Shown here in pieces: positions 52,178 through 63,355 of a DNA stretch of 64,000 nt (positions are counted from its first letter, which is position 1; each line of letters starts with the position of its first letter). Source of the DNA: Nitrospirota bacterium (lineage in GTDB: Bacteria > Nitrospirota > UBA9217); assembly GCA_963790205.1 (NCBI GenBank), contig CAWBNQ010000003.1:1023022-1087021 (forward strand). The letters are read 5' to 3'. A program made the position numbers and the translations under genes. Below the pieces are notes generated by a model. It was given only the letters and a program-made list of their open reading frames with translations, ran no database searches and had not been told where the DNA came from.

Positions 52178-53383
52178 ATGACCAGTTATCTCATTGTGGG
52201 CAACGGCGTGGCCGGCAACGCCGCGGCTGAAACCATCCGGAAGCACGATAAAGCCGGGGAGATCCGGATTTTCTCCCAGGAACGGTATCCCTTTTATTAT
52301 ATTCCGGGGCTGCCGGAATATCTGGCCGGAGAGCGCCCCCTTAACCGGCTGATCATCCACGATGAGCAGTGGTATCGGGACCAGGGCATCGAACTGCATT
52401 TAAGCACGGAAATCAGTAGTATTGACGCCGCCAACCAGGTCGCCGCCACCCGGCAAGGCCAGACCTACCCTTACGACAGGCTGCTCCTGGCCACCGGCGG
52501 CAACTCCTTCGTGCCGCCCATCAAGGGGGCCGATAACGCCGGGGTCTTTACCCTGCGGACCATCGCCGATGCCGACGCCATCCGGGAGCAGGCGGCCAAA
52601 TCTAAAAAATTGGCCCTCATCGGCGGCGGCCTGTTGGGCCTGGAGGCCGGCAACGGCTTGCGGAAATTGGGGCTTAAGGTGACGGTCATCGAGTTTTTCC
52701 CCCGGCTGCTGCCGCGCCAGATGGATGTGGCCGGCGCCGCCCTGCTGCAGCGGCAAATGGAGGACATGGGTTTCAAGTTCTATTTGGGGGCGACCACCCG
52801 GGAGATCGTGCCGCAAAATGGCGGCCTCTCGGTCCGCCTGGAGAGCGGCGAGGACCTGGAAGCGGATATGATCCTGATCTCCGCCGGCACCCGTCCCGAT
52901 CTGACCCTGGCCCGGGCCTTGGGGTTGGAGATCGACAAAGGGATCAAGGTGGACGACACCATGAAGACCGGGCTGGACGAGATCTATGCCGCCGGCGACC
53001 TGATCGAGCATCGGGGCCGCTACTATGGACTGTGGTCCGCCGCCATGGAGCAGGGCAAGGTGGCCGGGGCGGCCATGGCCGGCCAGCCCGCCAGGTATGA
53101 AGGCACGGTGCCCTCCAACATCTTGAAGGTGGTGGGCATCGACCTGCTCTCCGCCGGTGAGATCGACGTGGAAGGCCGCCTCGAAGCCATCGTCCACCAG
53201 GATGAGGCCAGGAAGACCTATAGAAAGCTGGTGTTAAAGGATAACGTCCTGATCGGGGCCATCCTGCTGGGAGACCTGCACGGCAGCGCCGAAATCCTGG
53301 GCGCCATCAAAAAAAGCCTCGACCTGACCCCGTTCAAAGCGGACCTGGCAGCGGAGAGCTTCGATTTCGCCAGATTGAGATAA
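52178..53383 (+). CDS. FAD-dependent NAD(P)H oxidoreductase (NADH:rubredoxin / NirB N-terminal-like)
   Basis: IVGNGVAG, LLLATG, FTLRT, IGGGLLGLE, IYAAGD, YRKL. Confidence 0.88.
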   Translation: MTSYLIVGNGVAGNAAAETIRKHDKAGEIRIFSQERYPFYYIPGLPEYLAGERPLNRLIIHDEQWYRDQGIELHLSTEISSIDAANQVAATRQGQTYPYDRLLLATGGNSFVPPIKGADNAGVFTLRTIADADAIREQAAKSKKLALIGGGLLGLEAGNGLRKLGLKVTVIEFFPRLLPRQMDVAGAALLQRQMEDMGFKFYLGATTREIVPQNGGLSVRLESGEDLEADMILISAGTRPDLTLARALGLEIDKGIKVDDTMKTGLDEIYAAGDLIEHRGRYYGLWSAAMEQGKVAGAAMAGQPARYEGTVPSNILKVVGIDLLSAGEIDVEGRLEAIVHQDEARKTYRKLVLKDNVLIGAILLGDLHGSAEILGAIKKSLDLTPFKADLAAESFDFARLR

Positions 53384-53480
53384 CAACACTGGTGCAAGTG
53401 AGGGACCTGACTATGGGGATCTTATCAAGAACTTTTCAGAATTTTTGATAATTATGGATTTTGGCAAGCTATCTTCCATT

Positions 53481-53730
53481 CTAACAACTATCCCGGGGCT
53501 TCACGGAAAGGGCGACCGCAAGCTCCATCCGTTCCTCAAGAGTCTCAGTAAACCCCTTGGCAATCTGGCTGGTGATCGCCCCCGGACGGCAGACTGCTAC
53601 CGGATGCAGGGCCTTTATACGGACGGAACCCCTGGCCACGCCCCCCTCTGCCGTAAGGCGCAGGGGCGCTGGCACACCCCATCAACATGAGGGCCAGCAA
53701 CCACAAACAGAAAATCGTTCGACCTTTCAT
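53481..53730 (-). CDS. Possible small lipoprotein, frameshifted
   Basis: MKGRTIFCLWLLALMLMG-C lipobox-like signal; the downstream frame is uncertain. Confidence 0.35.
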
Positions 53731-53804
53731 AAATGAGGTCCTTTCCAGGCCTGGGCAACCTCCGAGGCAGTGCCTGGCGGCAAGAAAGACTGCATAAAAT
53801 CCTC

Positions 53805-54269
53805 TTAACCATTAGTCCCCAATGAGCGGACAGCTCTCACGAAGGCCTTGGCGCCCTCCCTGGCAGGGTATGTCCTTAAGACCGTCCCTCCATAAGAGGG
53901 CTGATAGTTGAATGGGAGCAAGACCGTGGGGTTGGATGACCAATAGAGATCAAAACGGGCATAGGTATCACGGGAACGCCTGGGCATCAGCAATTTGATG
54001 ACTGTGGCGGTCTCCAGTTCGTCAGGTTTGGGCAGACGCCAATCAGCATGGCTACCCAGCCGTAGATTCTGGCAGTACTTCTGCGCCTCCTCGAAGGTGA
54101 CCTCTTTGCCGTTATCGCCCTTCTGCCACATGATTTTCAGAAGCGTGTCCGTAACCGTCCCATCCCCGTTATCCACAAACCTGGCCGCCGCTGACGCAGC
54201 CAGAGGTGACTGGCCAAGAAGCGGTAGGACGAAGGCTATGATGAGCAAGAATTGCCATTTATTTCGCAT
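53805..54269 (-). CDS. Secreted DUF1566-domain protein
   Basis: Signal peptide, RFVDNGDGTVTD..MWQK..AQKYC..DWRLP..EL..YWSS..VRAVR. Confidence 0.88.
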   Translation of the reverse strand: MRNKWQFLLIIAFVLPLLGQSPLAASAAARFVDNGDGTVTDTLLKIMWQKGDNGKEVTFEEAQKYCQNLRLGSHADWRLPKPDELETATVIKLLMPRRSRDTYARFDLYWSSNPTVLLPFNYQPSYGGTVLRTYPAREGAKAFVRAVRSLGTNG

Positions 54270-54367
54270 CCTTATATCTCCCTTTTTTTCGGTCTAACGA
54301 GCTTCGAACCCTTACGGCCCACGAAACCTACACCTTTCCAGATCCTCGTGCCCCTCCGGGCAGAAGC

Positions 54368-55220
54368 TTAGCGATAAGCCAGGCTATGGCGTAAAGCACA
54401 CCGAGCAGGACGACATCCGTCGGACCGACGGGCAAATCGCATTGATAGGCGACCCAGAAACCGAGGAACGCCACCACGCCGCCGACCAAAGAGGCCAGCG
54501 TCGTGAACTGGCGTATATTGCGCGGCGAACAGGTGCGCCGTCAGGGCGGGAATCAGCAAAAATCCGAAGGCGATCAGCGGACCGACACTGAGCACTGCCA
54601 TGGAGACGGTCAGGCCGATCAGCAAATAGAGCAGTACATCCCAAAAAACTACCTTCTTGCGAAGGGTAATGGCCATCTCGCGATCGAATGAGACCAGGAG
54701 CAACTCCTTGTGAAAGAGTCCCAGCGCGGCCAGGACGACCAGGAGCGTTGCTGCCGTCAGCACCAGATCGAAATTGGAGACGGTGATGACCTCGCCTTTC
54801 AGCAGGTCGAGCCAGCCAATCTCGCCGTAAGGGTTTTTTGCCAGCAACAAGATACTCAACTGAGGCAGCCACGACGTACGCCGTGCCGAGTCGACCTTCG
54901 GGCTGACCGCGCCCGCGTCGTTCCAGAAATGCCAATACCAGGATGGCGGTCAGCGTGAAGGTCATCGAGCCGGCAAAGGCAAGGCCGTGCGCGCTGTGGG
55001 CGCCATGATCATGCAGATGAAACCCGAACCACAAGGGCAAGGAGAGGGCGATCGCCACGCCCGTCGAGGAGATCTGCGGCAGTGCTACGCCCATGAACAC
55101 CAACCGGCGCATCACGAGAAATACCCCGACGAGCGGGCAGGCGAAGCCGACGAGCACGCTGGTATAAACCGAGTTGCGCAGGAGAAAATCGGGCGAGAGG
55201 ATCTGACCTAACGTTTCCAT
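54368..55220 (-). CDS. ZnuB/TroCD-type metal ABC permease (frameshifted near 54860 and 54520)
   Basis: GVFLVMRRLVFMGVAL, KELLLVSFDREMA, GPLIAFGFLLIPA across frames. Confidence 0.8.
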
Positions 55221-55221
55221 G

Positions 55222-55940
55222 TCAACCGATCCCCATTTCAAAAATCTCCGCCATCCGTTCGAGGCTAAGCAGTTCGTCCGCGGTGCCGTGGTGCATCTTG
55301 CCCTGGTGAAACCAGAGGACTTGCTGGGCATGATGGCGCACCACCGCAAAGTCGTGCGTGGCTAGCAGGACCGTGATCTGCTTTTCCTGGCGGATTTGCG
55401 AAATGAATTCGAGGACCGCACGTGTCGCGGTGATGTCCACGCCGGCGGTCGGTTCGTCGAGTACCAGGACGTCAGGGCGCGTTGACCAGGGCGCGGGCGA
55501 TCAGCACGCGTTGTTTCTGACCACCGGAGAGTTTGGCAAACCGCTGGTGAGCAAACTCCTCAGCACCCACCACGCCGCAAACATTCGCGGGCGAAGGCAC
55601 GCTCGCTTGACGGGACCAAACGCCCCGGGCGGACGCGTCCATACGCGCCCATCAGAGCCACGTCGAACCCCGTCAGCAGATATATCGGATCAAACTGATT
55701 GGATTGAGGGACGTAACCGAACACGAGCGGTGCGCCCGTCGATGCGGCGGTGTCGATGCGGCCTGCGACTGGCGGCAGCAGTCCAAGCAGCGTCTTGAGC
55801 AGAGTCGATTTGCCCGAACCGTTCGCACCGAGAATGGCGGTGAAGCTGGCGCGGGCAATCGAGAGCGAAATCCCGGACAAGACAGGTTGGCCATTGTAGC
55901 CGATGCTCAGGTTGTCCAGGGTGATGAGGGCTTCATTCAT
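55222..55940 (-). CDS. ZnuC-type metal ABC ATPase (frameshifted)
   Basis: [33 protein letters not shown] across frames. Confidence 0.82.
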
Positions 55941-56007
55941 ATCATATGTCTGTTATGCGGGCCCGCCCGCCGGAACCACCGGACAGGCGGACCCGCTCTT
56001 CAGGGGT

Positions 56008-56941
56008 TTATTTCTTCGCCTGGGCGGCAGCTACCATGGTGTGAATGATGTAGTCCATCATCTTAATGTAAGTTTCCGTGTCCGGTACGCCGCCCGGCAT
56101 GATCGGCAGCTTTACCAGGGTGGCGCCGGTCTGTGCCGCGATGAGACTCGGCACCTTTTCAGGAAACTGCGGTTCGCGCACCACGATGGCAGCGTGCTCG
56201 GCCCTCATCGTGGCGATCAGTTGCTCAATGTGACGTGCGGTCGGGTCGATCCCCGGCCTCAGTTCGATGGTGCCGAGGTAGTTCATGCCGAAGCGCGCCG
56301 CGAAGTAGGGCCAATGCTCGTGATAGGATACGAACTTCACCCCCTTGAGCGGTTGGGCTTCCTGTTTCCACTCGGCAATCTTGGCATTGAGCTTGGCGAG
56401 ATAAGCATCCCGGTTGCGCGTGAATTCTGCTTGATACTGCGGGGCGAAGGCTACCAGGGCGTTGTAGATGTTGGCGATCGCGGTCTTCGCCAACACCGGA
56501 TCGAGCATGTAGTGCGGGTTGCCGTAAGCATGAACGTCGCCCGCGGTGTGATCGGTTGACTTGGGTACATCGCGGGGGATGATGCCCTCCGAACAGTCCA
56601 CGTAGCCGGGCTTGCCTGGCTGGATGCGGGGATTCTTGCTCGCTTCTATCAAGGCCGGCAGGAAGGCGTGCTCGCAACCCAACCCCACCTCGATCAACAG
56701 GTCCGCCCGGTTCAGCAGCGGCACGAAGCTCGGTTTCATCGGCACCCCGTGCGTGTCTTCGACGCCCGTGGCCAGGCTCTGAACCTCGACCTGGTCTCCG
56801 CCGATGTTGCGCGCCAGGTCCGCCAGGTCAGTCAGGGTGGTGACGACGTGGATCTTGGCCGCTTGAGCCGGGTATCGCCCCGAAACCCAAGATCCCGATA
56901 AACAGGATGATCCAGAACAAATGGAACAGTCTCAATTTCAT
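56008..56941 (-). CDS. ZnuA/TroA-type metal-binding periplasmic protein (frameshift near 56860)
   Basis: VVTTLTDLADL..DTHG, GDVHAYGNPHY, SYHEHWPYF, ELRPGIDPT..H. Confidence 0.85.
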
Positions 56942-56963
56942 GTTCGATTCCTCTCTTCCAGGG

Positions 56964-58505
56964 TTAGCGTTCTTGCCACCCATGGGCGTGTGACCCTATG
57001 ATCCAGGCCCATTGCAGGTACACCGCATTATCGGCGCGCAGGGTGCTAACCACGGGTGGGGCTGATCCATCCAGACCTTGAAATACCCCCTGCCCGGTGG
57101 GTGAGGTGTGGGTGAATTGCAGGCGCAGCTCATTCCAGTGGCTGAGGTACCAGGTGATATAGGGAGAGTACGCATAGGTATGCTGGTGTTTATCCTGGGC
57201 GTTCTGCGCAAACTGAAACTCAAATCCGGCGGTCCACTCCCGATGGAACCGGTAAGCGAGATACGAGTACAGGCCATAGGAGGGGACATTGATGTCGGGT
57301 AATAACTGGGTACCGTCCGGTGCGGTAACGCTATAGCGGTTGTCGGCTGTAAAGCACCTCCGTGCCCCAGGTGAGGCTTTTGAACTGATTGTTACGCAGC
57401 GGCTGGTAGCGCACCATAAAATCTGCCCCCAGCAGACGGCGTTGGCGTTCCGTGAGCGTGTTGCCGTCGGGTTGCAGAAAGGCGCCGCCACGATCTGTGG
57501 CGTTCGGATTGAATAACCATGAAAAGCCAGGTTCGATGGCGATATCAGGTGTCAGGTCAAAATACGTGGAGGCGCGGCCCCAAAAGTTAAACGCGGTGAA
57601 TTTACGCTTATCTTGGAAATCGCCGAAATTATTTGGTTGACCGCCGAACGAATCACCCACGCCCGCGGTCAGACTCACGTAATGCGGAAAGCGGCAACAG
57701 CCAGTTGATCTGGACCCCGTCGGTCCGCGATTCACCGCCGATGTATTGATCGAGCGCCAGCGGCCGCCACACGAAGGGCAGTTCATGATCGTGGATGTAG
57801 GCCAACCGGCCAAACTCGCCGAAGAACCGTCCCCCCTTGAGCGTCAGGTTCCAGGGCAACGAGGTCGTGACAATGGCCGCCTCTTCCACCCCCACGGTGG
57901 CTTCGCCGGTCACCGGGTCGGCAGAGGCATTGAGCACCGCATAACCGCGGGCAAACGGATCAACCGATCCGGCAATATTCAGTTCCATCGAACGCTGGAA
58001 GAAATCCCACCCGCCGGGCCGGGGGCTGGTTGCCGGGGCGAGGACATTCGTATACTTCGCCGAACGGCTGCGATAAGCGCCGATCGACTCCCCCACGAAC
58101 CCGATGGAAGGATTGTACTTGCTCAGAAACTCCTGCTTCTGCGCTTCGGCTACCTGGCCCACCTGCTCCTTCAACTCCTCCACCTGTTCCTGTAACTCTC
58201 CGGTTGCCGCCGCCTGAGCCGCCGTGGGCAGCCGCGGGTTGAGGAGGCTTGACTTCTGCCTTGGCCGTTTCGGCTTTGACCGGCCCCTTGGCTGCAGGGG
58301 CCGCGGCGGTAGCTTTTTGCACCGCGTCGAGGCGGCGTTCCAGTTCCTCAATCTTCTTATTTTTTGCGGAAACCTCCTGATGCAGTTCTTTCATTTCTTT
58401 CCTAAGCTCTTCAATGGCCGCGGCCTGATCTTGGGCCAGGGCAGTATTCACCGTGCCGAAGCCTATGGCCAGAGCCAACCAAACGGCTATAGCACGTCGA
58501 GTCAT
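56964..58505 (-). CDS. Outer-membrane beta-barrel associated with metal uptake (several frameshifts)
   Basis: Signal peptide plus coiled coil; NPSIG, ELNIAGSVDPF, EEAA, GRFFGEFGRL..H.HELPF; C-terminal YLQW..IGSHAH. Confidence 0.72.
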
Positions 58506-58608
58506 GATTCTCCCCCCAAATGACAATTCTCCCAAGTCACACCTCACCCTTTCGGTTCGGAGCAACTTAAGTACCGAGAAAAAACTCAGAGATTGGTTGA
58601 TTGTCGAT

Positions 58609-59046
58609 TTAGAGGGAAACTGGCGGGGCGCGCGGTCCTAAGACCAGGATATCCGGGTTGGCAACTACTGAGGTGATGGCATTATTGCAGAACCGTTGAA
58701 CCGGTAGGGAAAGGGCCGGGGCCAGGGAAAGGGTTGTGACCGCGAAATACCGGCAACTTAAAGCCGCCTGGCAGATGGGACAGGTGGCGGGATCATGATG
58801 ATGATGGTCCGGCTCGTCAGGTTCAGGGGCACTGAGTTGCAGCCCGACTTGTTTGCCAAGGACCGAGGCAAGGGGAGGATGTAGTCCTTCCAGCGTGTGG
58901 AGGTGGCATTGATGCGCCAGAGGCACAAAGAAGAGAGCCAGCAGAAGGAACAGGCAGAACAGAGGAGACGAAGCGGGTTTGACGTCACGCCGGAAAGCAT
59001 CGGACTTCGTCTGTGCTCCACTATGCTGGGTTCGGGGCCTGCCCAT
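58609..59046 (-). CDS. DUF2946-like leader peptide ending in RAPP
   Basis: Hydrophobic helix plus HQCHLH, HHHHDPATCPIC, C-terminal GPRAPPVSL*; first gene of the metal-uptake operon. Confidence 0.78.
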   Translation of the reverse strand: MGRPRTQHSGAQTKSDAFRRDVKPASSPLFCLFLLLALFFVPLAHQCHLHTLEGLHPPLASVLGKQVGLQLSAPEPDEPDHHHHDPATCPICQAALSCRYFAVTTLSLAPALSLPVQRFCNNAITSVVANPDILVLGPRAPPVSL

Positions 59047-59064
59047 CAGGAGTTCCTCGCAGGG

Positions 59065-59094
59065 AGTATAGACTTTAATGCAACTGAGTTGCAA
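59065..59094 (-). promoter_or_regulatory. Promoter overlapped by a Zur-type box
   Basis: Minus strand TTGCAA-18 bp-TATACT; palindrome TTGCAAC-TCA-GTTGCAT (59078-59094) fits the ATGCAAC-N3-GTTGCAT Zur motif described for Deltaproteobacteria. Confidence 0.75.
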
Positions 59095-59344
59095 GGGTCT
59101 TATTAGTTCCGGTTCTGCTGTAGGCGAAGATTAGGAAAAATTCTCTCGTCATATCTGTATGGCAAAAATCGTGGAGAAAATTTTTGGGGGGAAAAATCTG
59201 ATCAGATTTTGATCAGGCAAAGCTTGTTAACTGCTATAAATCAGCGCTTGGTGAAAAAACATTAACTTTGCAGCGCAAAGTTAATTACTTTTTTGGTGTA
59301 AGGCGGAGCATTGGCCCGCCTTCTTTTATATAAAGGGTTGGAAG

Positions 59345-59577
59345 AGGGTGTGGGGGAGGGCAGGGATCGTTGATCCCTGGCCCTCCCCCACGAACTTAGT
59401 CGCAGGGTTTGCCTGCGGCTGCACAGGCGGGACGCCTGCGCTACCAATGGAAAAAGGTGCGCAGTGCGCACCCTACATAAGACACAGGCGAGACGCCTGT
59501 GCCAACGGATGGGGAGCAGCACAGGCTGGAAAGCCTGTGCTACCTGACGAAAAAGGTGGGTAGTGCCCACCCTACAG
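59345..59577. repeat. Cluster of REP-like hairpins downstream of hisB
   Basis: Three CACAGGC..GCCTG(C/T)GC units alternating with two GGTG(C/G)G..CACCCTAC units, plus a GGGGAGGG..CCCTCCCC hairpin. Confidence 0.75.
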
Positions 59578-60156
59578 CACGCCTTTGGTGGAGGGGACGC
59601 CCTGGGCCCGGGGTTCGGGTTGGGTGGCGGCGTCCAGGGCCCGGCCGGCGGCCTTGAAGATGGCCTCCAGGATGTGGTGGGTGTTCTCGCCGTAGGGCAC
59701 GGTGATGTGCAGGGTGATGCCGCCGTGGACGCTCACGGCCCGCCAGAACTCCTTCAGCAGTTGGGGGTCCAGGCCGGCGGGGCCGGGGGGCAGGGTGACC
59801 TCGAGGTGGAGAAAGGGGCGGTTGCTCAGGTCCAGGGTGACCTGGGCCAGGGCCTCGTCCATGGGCACCCGGGCCGAGCCGAAGCGCCGCACCCCGGGGC
59901 GCTGCTGCAGGGCCTCCCGGATGGCGTGGCCCAGGCAGATGCCGATGTCCTCCACGGTGTGGTGCTGGTCCACCTGCAGGTCGCCGTTGGCCTTGACCTT
60001 CAGGTCGAAGTAGCCGTGGGCCGCAAAGAGGTGCAGCATGTGGTCCAGGAAGGGGATGCCGGTCTGGATGTCGGCCTCGCCCCGGCCGTCCAGCTCCAGC
60101 TCCAACTCCACCTCGGTTTCTTTGGTGCGGCGGCTCACCTTGCCGATGGGTGACAT
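59572..60156 (-). CDS. hisB: Imidazoleglycerol-phosphate dehydratase
   Basis: RRTKET, TGIPFLDHML, DQHHTVED, PMDEAL, NTHHILEAIFKA, PSTKG. Confidence 0.97.
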   Translation of the reverse strand: MSPIGKVSRRTKETEVELELELDGRGEADIQTGIPFLDHMLHLFAAHGYFDLKVKANGDLQVDQHHTVEDIGICLGHAIREALQQRPGVRRFGSARVPMDEALAQVTLDLSNRPFLHLEVTLPPGPAGLDPQLLKEFWRAVSVHGGITLHITVPYGENTHHILEAIFKAAGRALDAATQPEPRAQGVPSTKGVL

Positions 60157-60259
60157 GGCAGGGTTCTCCTTGGGTTAAAAAAGTTTCGAGTTTCGAGTTT
60201 AAGAAAATCCGTGATTAAACGCGGGCAGGGTGAGGCGGCGTGTCAGCCAATGACGCCAC

Positions 60260-60410
60260 CCCTCACCCCAACCCTCTCCCCTCATAGGGGAGAGGGGGTT
60301 TTTGCTGCAACGAGCTTCAGACTGCGCCGCCCCCGGCTAAACATTCATGGCCGTGGGCTACCCCCAAAATGAAAGTCGCATTTAGGGCGGTTCGAGAACC
60401 GCCCCTACGG
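60260..60410. repeat. REP-like hairpins upstream of hisB
   Basis: CCCTCACCCCAACCCTCTCCC..GGGAGAGGG and TAGGGCGGTTCGAGAACCGCCCCTAC. Confidence 0.6.
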
Positions 60411-60639
60411 GGACTTTCCGGAAGCCTGCGGCTACCAGGACACTGTTACCCGCCATAATAAAACTTTTCCACGGCAACGGCAAATGATAATATGGGAAGG
60501 CAAGTTGCCGGCCAAGCACGGCAGGGAGATGGCAGGCATGATGCGTGCCGGCGCAGTGATGGCCCGTCACGGCGAATTCCAGATAAAGGCCTGCGGCTAC
60601 AGAAGTCATATTGCAGGCATTGGGGCACGAGGTAAGGGA

Positions 60640-61379
60640 ATGAGCGACAAGCGGCAGAAGTATCGGCTATTAATGGTGAACGGTTTGATTCTGGGGCTGG
60701 CGGTGCTGGGCGTCGCCCTATTTCCAGCCCGGCGCGGCGCTGGCGGCCGACGCGGCGCCCAAGGCGGTGCTCACGGAAACCAGGTTTGATTTCGGGACAG
60801 CCTTCGAAGACCAGCAATTGATCCACAGCTTTGTGATCCAAAATAGCGGCAACGCCCCTTTGAAGATTATCGACGTGGACCCGGATTGCGCCTGCACCGT
60901 GGCGAGCTACGAGAAGAGCATCCCCGCCAGCGGCCGGGGGAAGTCATCCTGCGAATTAAACCCTATACGGTGCTGCGGCAGTTTCCAAGGAGGCCAAGGT
61001 CCGGACCAATGATCCGGAGCACTCCGAATTCAACCTGGTGCTTACCGGGAAGGCGATGCCGTTCATTGAAATCGCCCCCAGCCATATCGTGCGGCCGGGC
61101 ACGCCGGGGGATAACCTGGAGGGCGAGGTGCGGTTCACCTCCCACCTGCCGGGGGCGTTTGAGATTACCAGTTATCACACCAATATCCCGGACAAGATGA
61201 ACGTCAACCTGAAGGCGGTGGAGGCAGGCCGGGTGTATCTTCTGGAAGTGAAGAACAAGAGCCAGAATTCGGGGCCCTATGCCGGCCTCATTGAGTTGAA
61301 CACCACCTCCAAGGAGCGGCCCCGGCTGATCGTGCGGGTATTCGGCGAAATCTACCTGCCCTCCGCCGGCAATCGGTAA
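60640..61379 (+). CDS. DUF1573-domain secreted protein (several frameshifts)
   Basis: Signal-like N-terminus, FDFG..HSFVIQNSGNAPLKI..DCACTVA..IP..G, continuing in other frames to 61379. Confidence 0.7.
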
Positions 61380-62016
61380 AGCAGGTGGTGGGGCGGGCGT
61401 CCCCGGCCGCCGATTTCATCAGCATCGGCTGGATAGCCTGGGCTACCAGCATTCAATAGTTTGAGAAGCAATTCGTTCAGGAGGTGGATGGCAAAGGTTC
61501 TGACCGCCAGGTGTAAAAGCAGTTCCGCTTCCCGGGGCGGCGGCGGCCCCGGGTTGACCGGGGAGGTAAGGCTGATCCGGTCCTGGAAGGCGAACAGGGT
61601 TTCGTCCCCCCGGCTGATGGTGCCGGAGATGGTGAGATAGGCGGTGATATTGCCGGCGATGAAGCGGAAGGAGGCGCCCCGGATTTCCACAGTCTGCACT
61701 GTGCCGCGCGATACCGTGGCGCTTTTGGGGTCGATCTTAAGCCGTTGGCCGTTGGCGCGGGTCAGTTACCCTGCAGTTGGGCCTGAAAGCCTTCCGGGTC
61801 CACCCCCTGGGCGGCCTGGATGGTGAAGGGCTCCAGGGCGTAAACGGTCCGGGCCGCGGGGAAGTCGGGGGCCGCGGTAGACCGAGGTGAGATAGCGGCC
61901 GGGTTGCAAGAGCGATATCGGCCGGCAACCGCCGCGCCACTTGGGGGCGCGGCCCAAATCAACATTAGAGTCAGGGTAGCGATGAGGGCCAAGGAGCGGC
62001 GTTGGTTAATCCACAT
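61352..62016 (-). CDS. Hypothetical secreted protein (frameshifted; boundaries uncertain)
   Basis: Signal-like MWINQRRSLALIATLTLMLIWA; coding-like segments in several minus frames. Confidence 0.35.
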
Positions 62017-62234
62017 GGCCAACTGATTACCACAATTGATCGTCATCTGCCAAACGATTTAAGCATTTTCAGGCTATCAACCGGTAAGAGGCGCCCCGGC
62101 GTCGGATACCTGCGGCATTATGCGCATATAGTGCAGAGGGAAGGGGCCTAGATGGGTACCTGGGAGAAACGACTATTGGGGGGGCGCCTGGAGATTTTAG
62201 CGGTTCAGCCTGAGCTTGCATCTGCCGGGGGCCA

Positions 62235-63225
62235 ATGGTAACCTTCCGGCAAATCGCCATTTGGGCGGTATGCCTGCTGGCCCTGTTATTTTTTGGCAGC
62301 CTGGGCTTTGTCTGGTTGGAGGGCTGGAACTTTTTCGACGCCCTGTATATGACGGTGACCACCCTGTCCACTGTGGGCTATGGGGAAGTTCACCCGCTCT
62401 CCCCCCTCGGCAAGATCTATAACATGGGACTGATCCTGGCGGGCATGGGGGTCCTGGCCTATATCATCACTTCCATGGCCCGGGTGGTGGTGGAAGGGGA
62501 GATTAAGGCAGCACTGGGGAAGCGCAAATTGCTCAAGCACATTAAAAAGCTCAGCGGCCACTACATCATCTGCGGCTTCGGCCGCATCGGCGAGATCATT
62601 GCCCGGCAGTTGCAGGAGCGGGGCGTGCCCCTGGTGGTGGTGGATAATAAACCCGAGAACCTGGCCCGCCTGGAGCAGTCCGGCTATTACCTGGTCGCCG
62701 GCGACGCCACCCGGGAAGAGGTCTTGCAGGACGCAGGCATTGAGCGGGCCCGGGGCCTGGTGGCAGTGGTCTCCTCGGACGCCGACAACGTTTATATCGT
62801 CTTGACGGCCAGGAGCATCAGCCCCAATCTCCATATCGTGGCCCGGGGCCGAGAGAAGGGGGCCGAAGGAAGCTGTTGCGGGCCGGGGCCGACCGGGTGG
62901 AATCCCCCTACGAGATGGGGGGCCGCAGATGGCTTACGCCATCCTGCGTCCTACCGTGACCACCTTCATCGAACTGGCCACGCAGGAGGGGGTGGACCTG
63001 AGCATGGAGGAGATCGCGGTGGGCCCGGCTCGTCTCTGGCGGGGGTGGCCCTCAAGGACTCCGGCATCCGCCAGAAGCTGGACCTCATCCTGGTGGCCAT
63101 CAAGCGGTCCGGCGGCGAGATGCTCTTCAACCCCACCCTGGAGACCCCCATTCTGGCGGGCGATACGCTGATCGCCCTGGGCCTGCGCGAAAAATCTGGA
63201 GGCGCTGGAAGAGATGGTCGAATAG
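62235..63225 (+). CDS. Potassium channel with TrkA-N/TrkA-C (RCK) domains (frameshifted after about 62860)
   Basis: TLSTVGYGE filter, HYIICGFGRIG, GDAT, DADN, then LKDSGIRQ..VAIKR..FNP..GDTLIALG. Confidence 0.88.
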
Positions 63226-63355
63226 CTGTCAGCCATGAGCGGTCAGCTTTCAGCCCAAGGATTCGTGGGCACGCCATTGATGGTGCGTAGGACGCACCCT
63301 ACACCAGGCCCAGGCTGGAACGCCAGGGCCACCGACTCCGACTGTGGAGGAATCC

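Noticed and set aside
59400..59577. CRISPR array
   Set aside because: Units are non-identical palindromes of alternating types with irregular short spacing; no cas genes.
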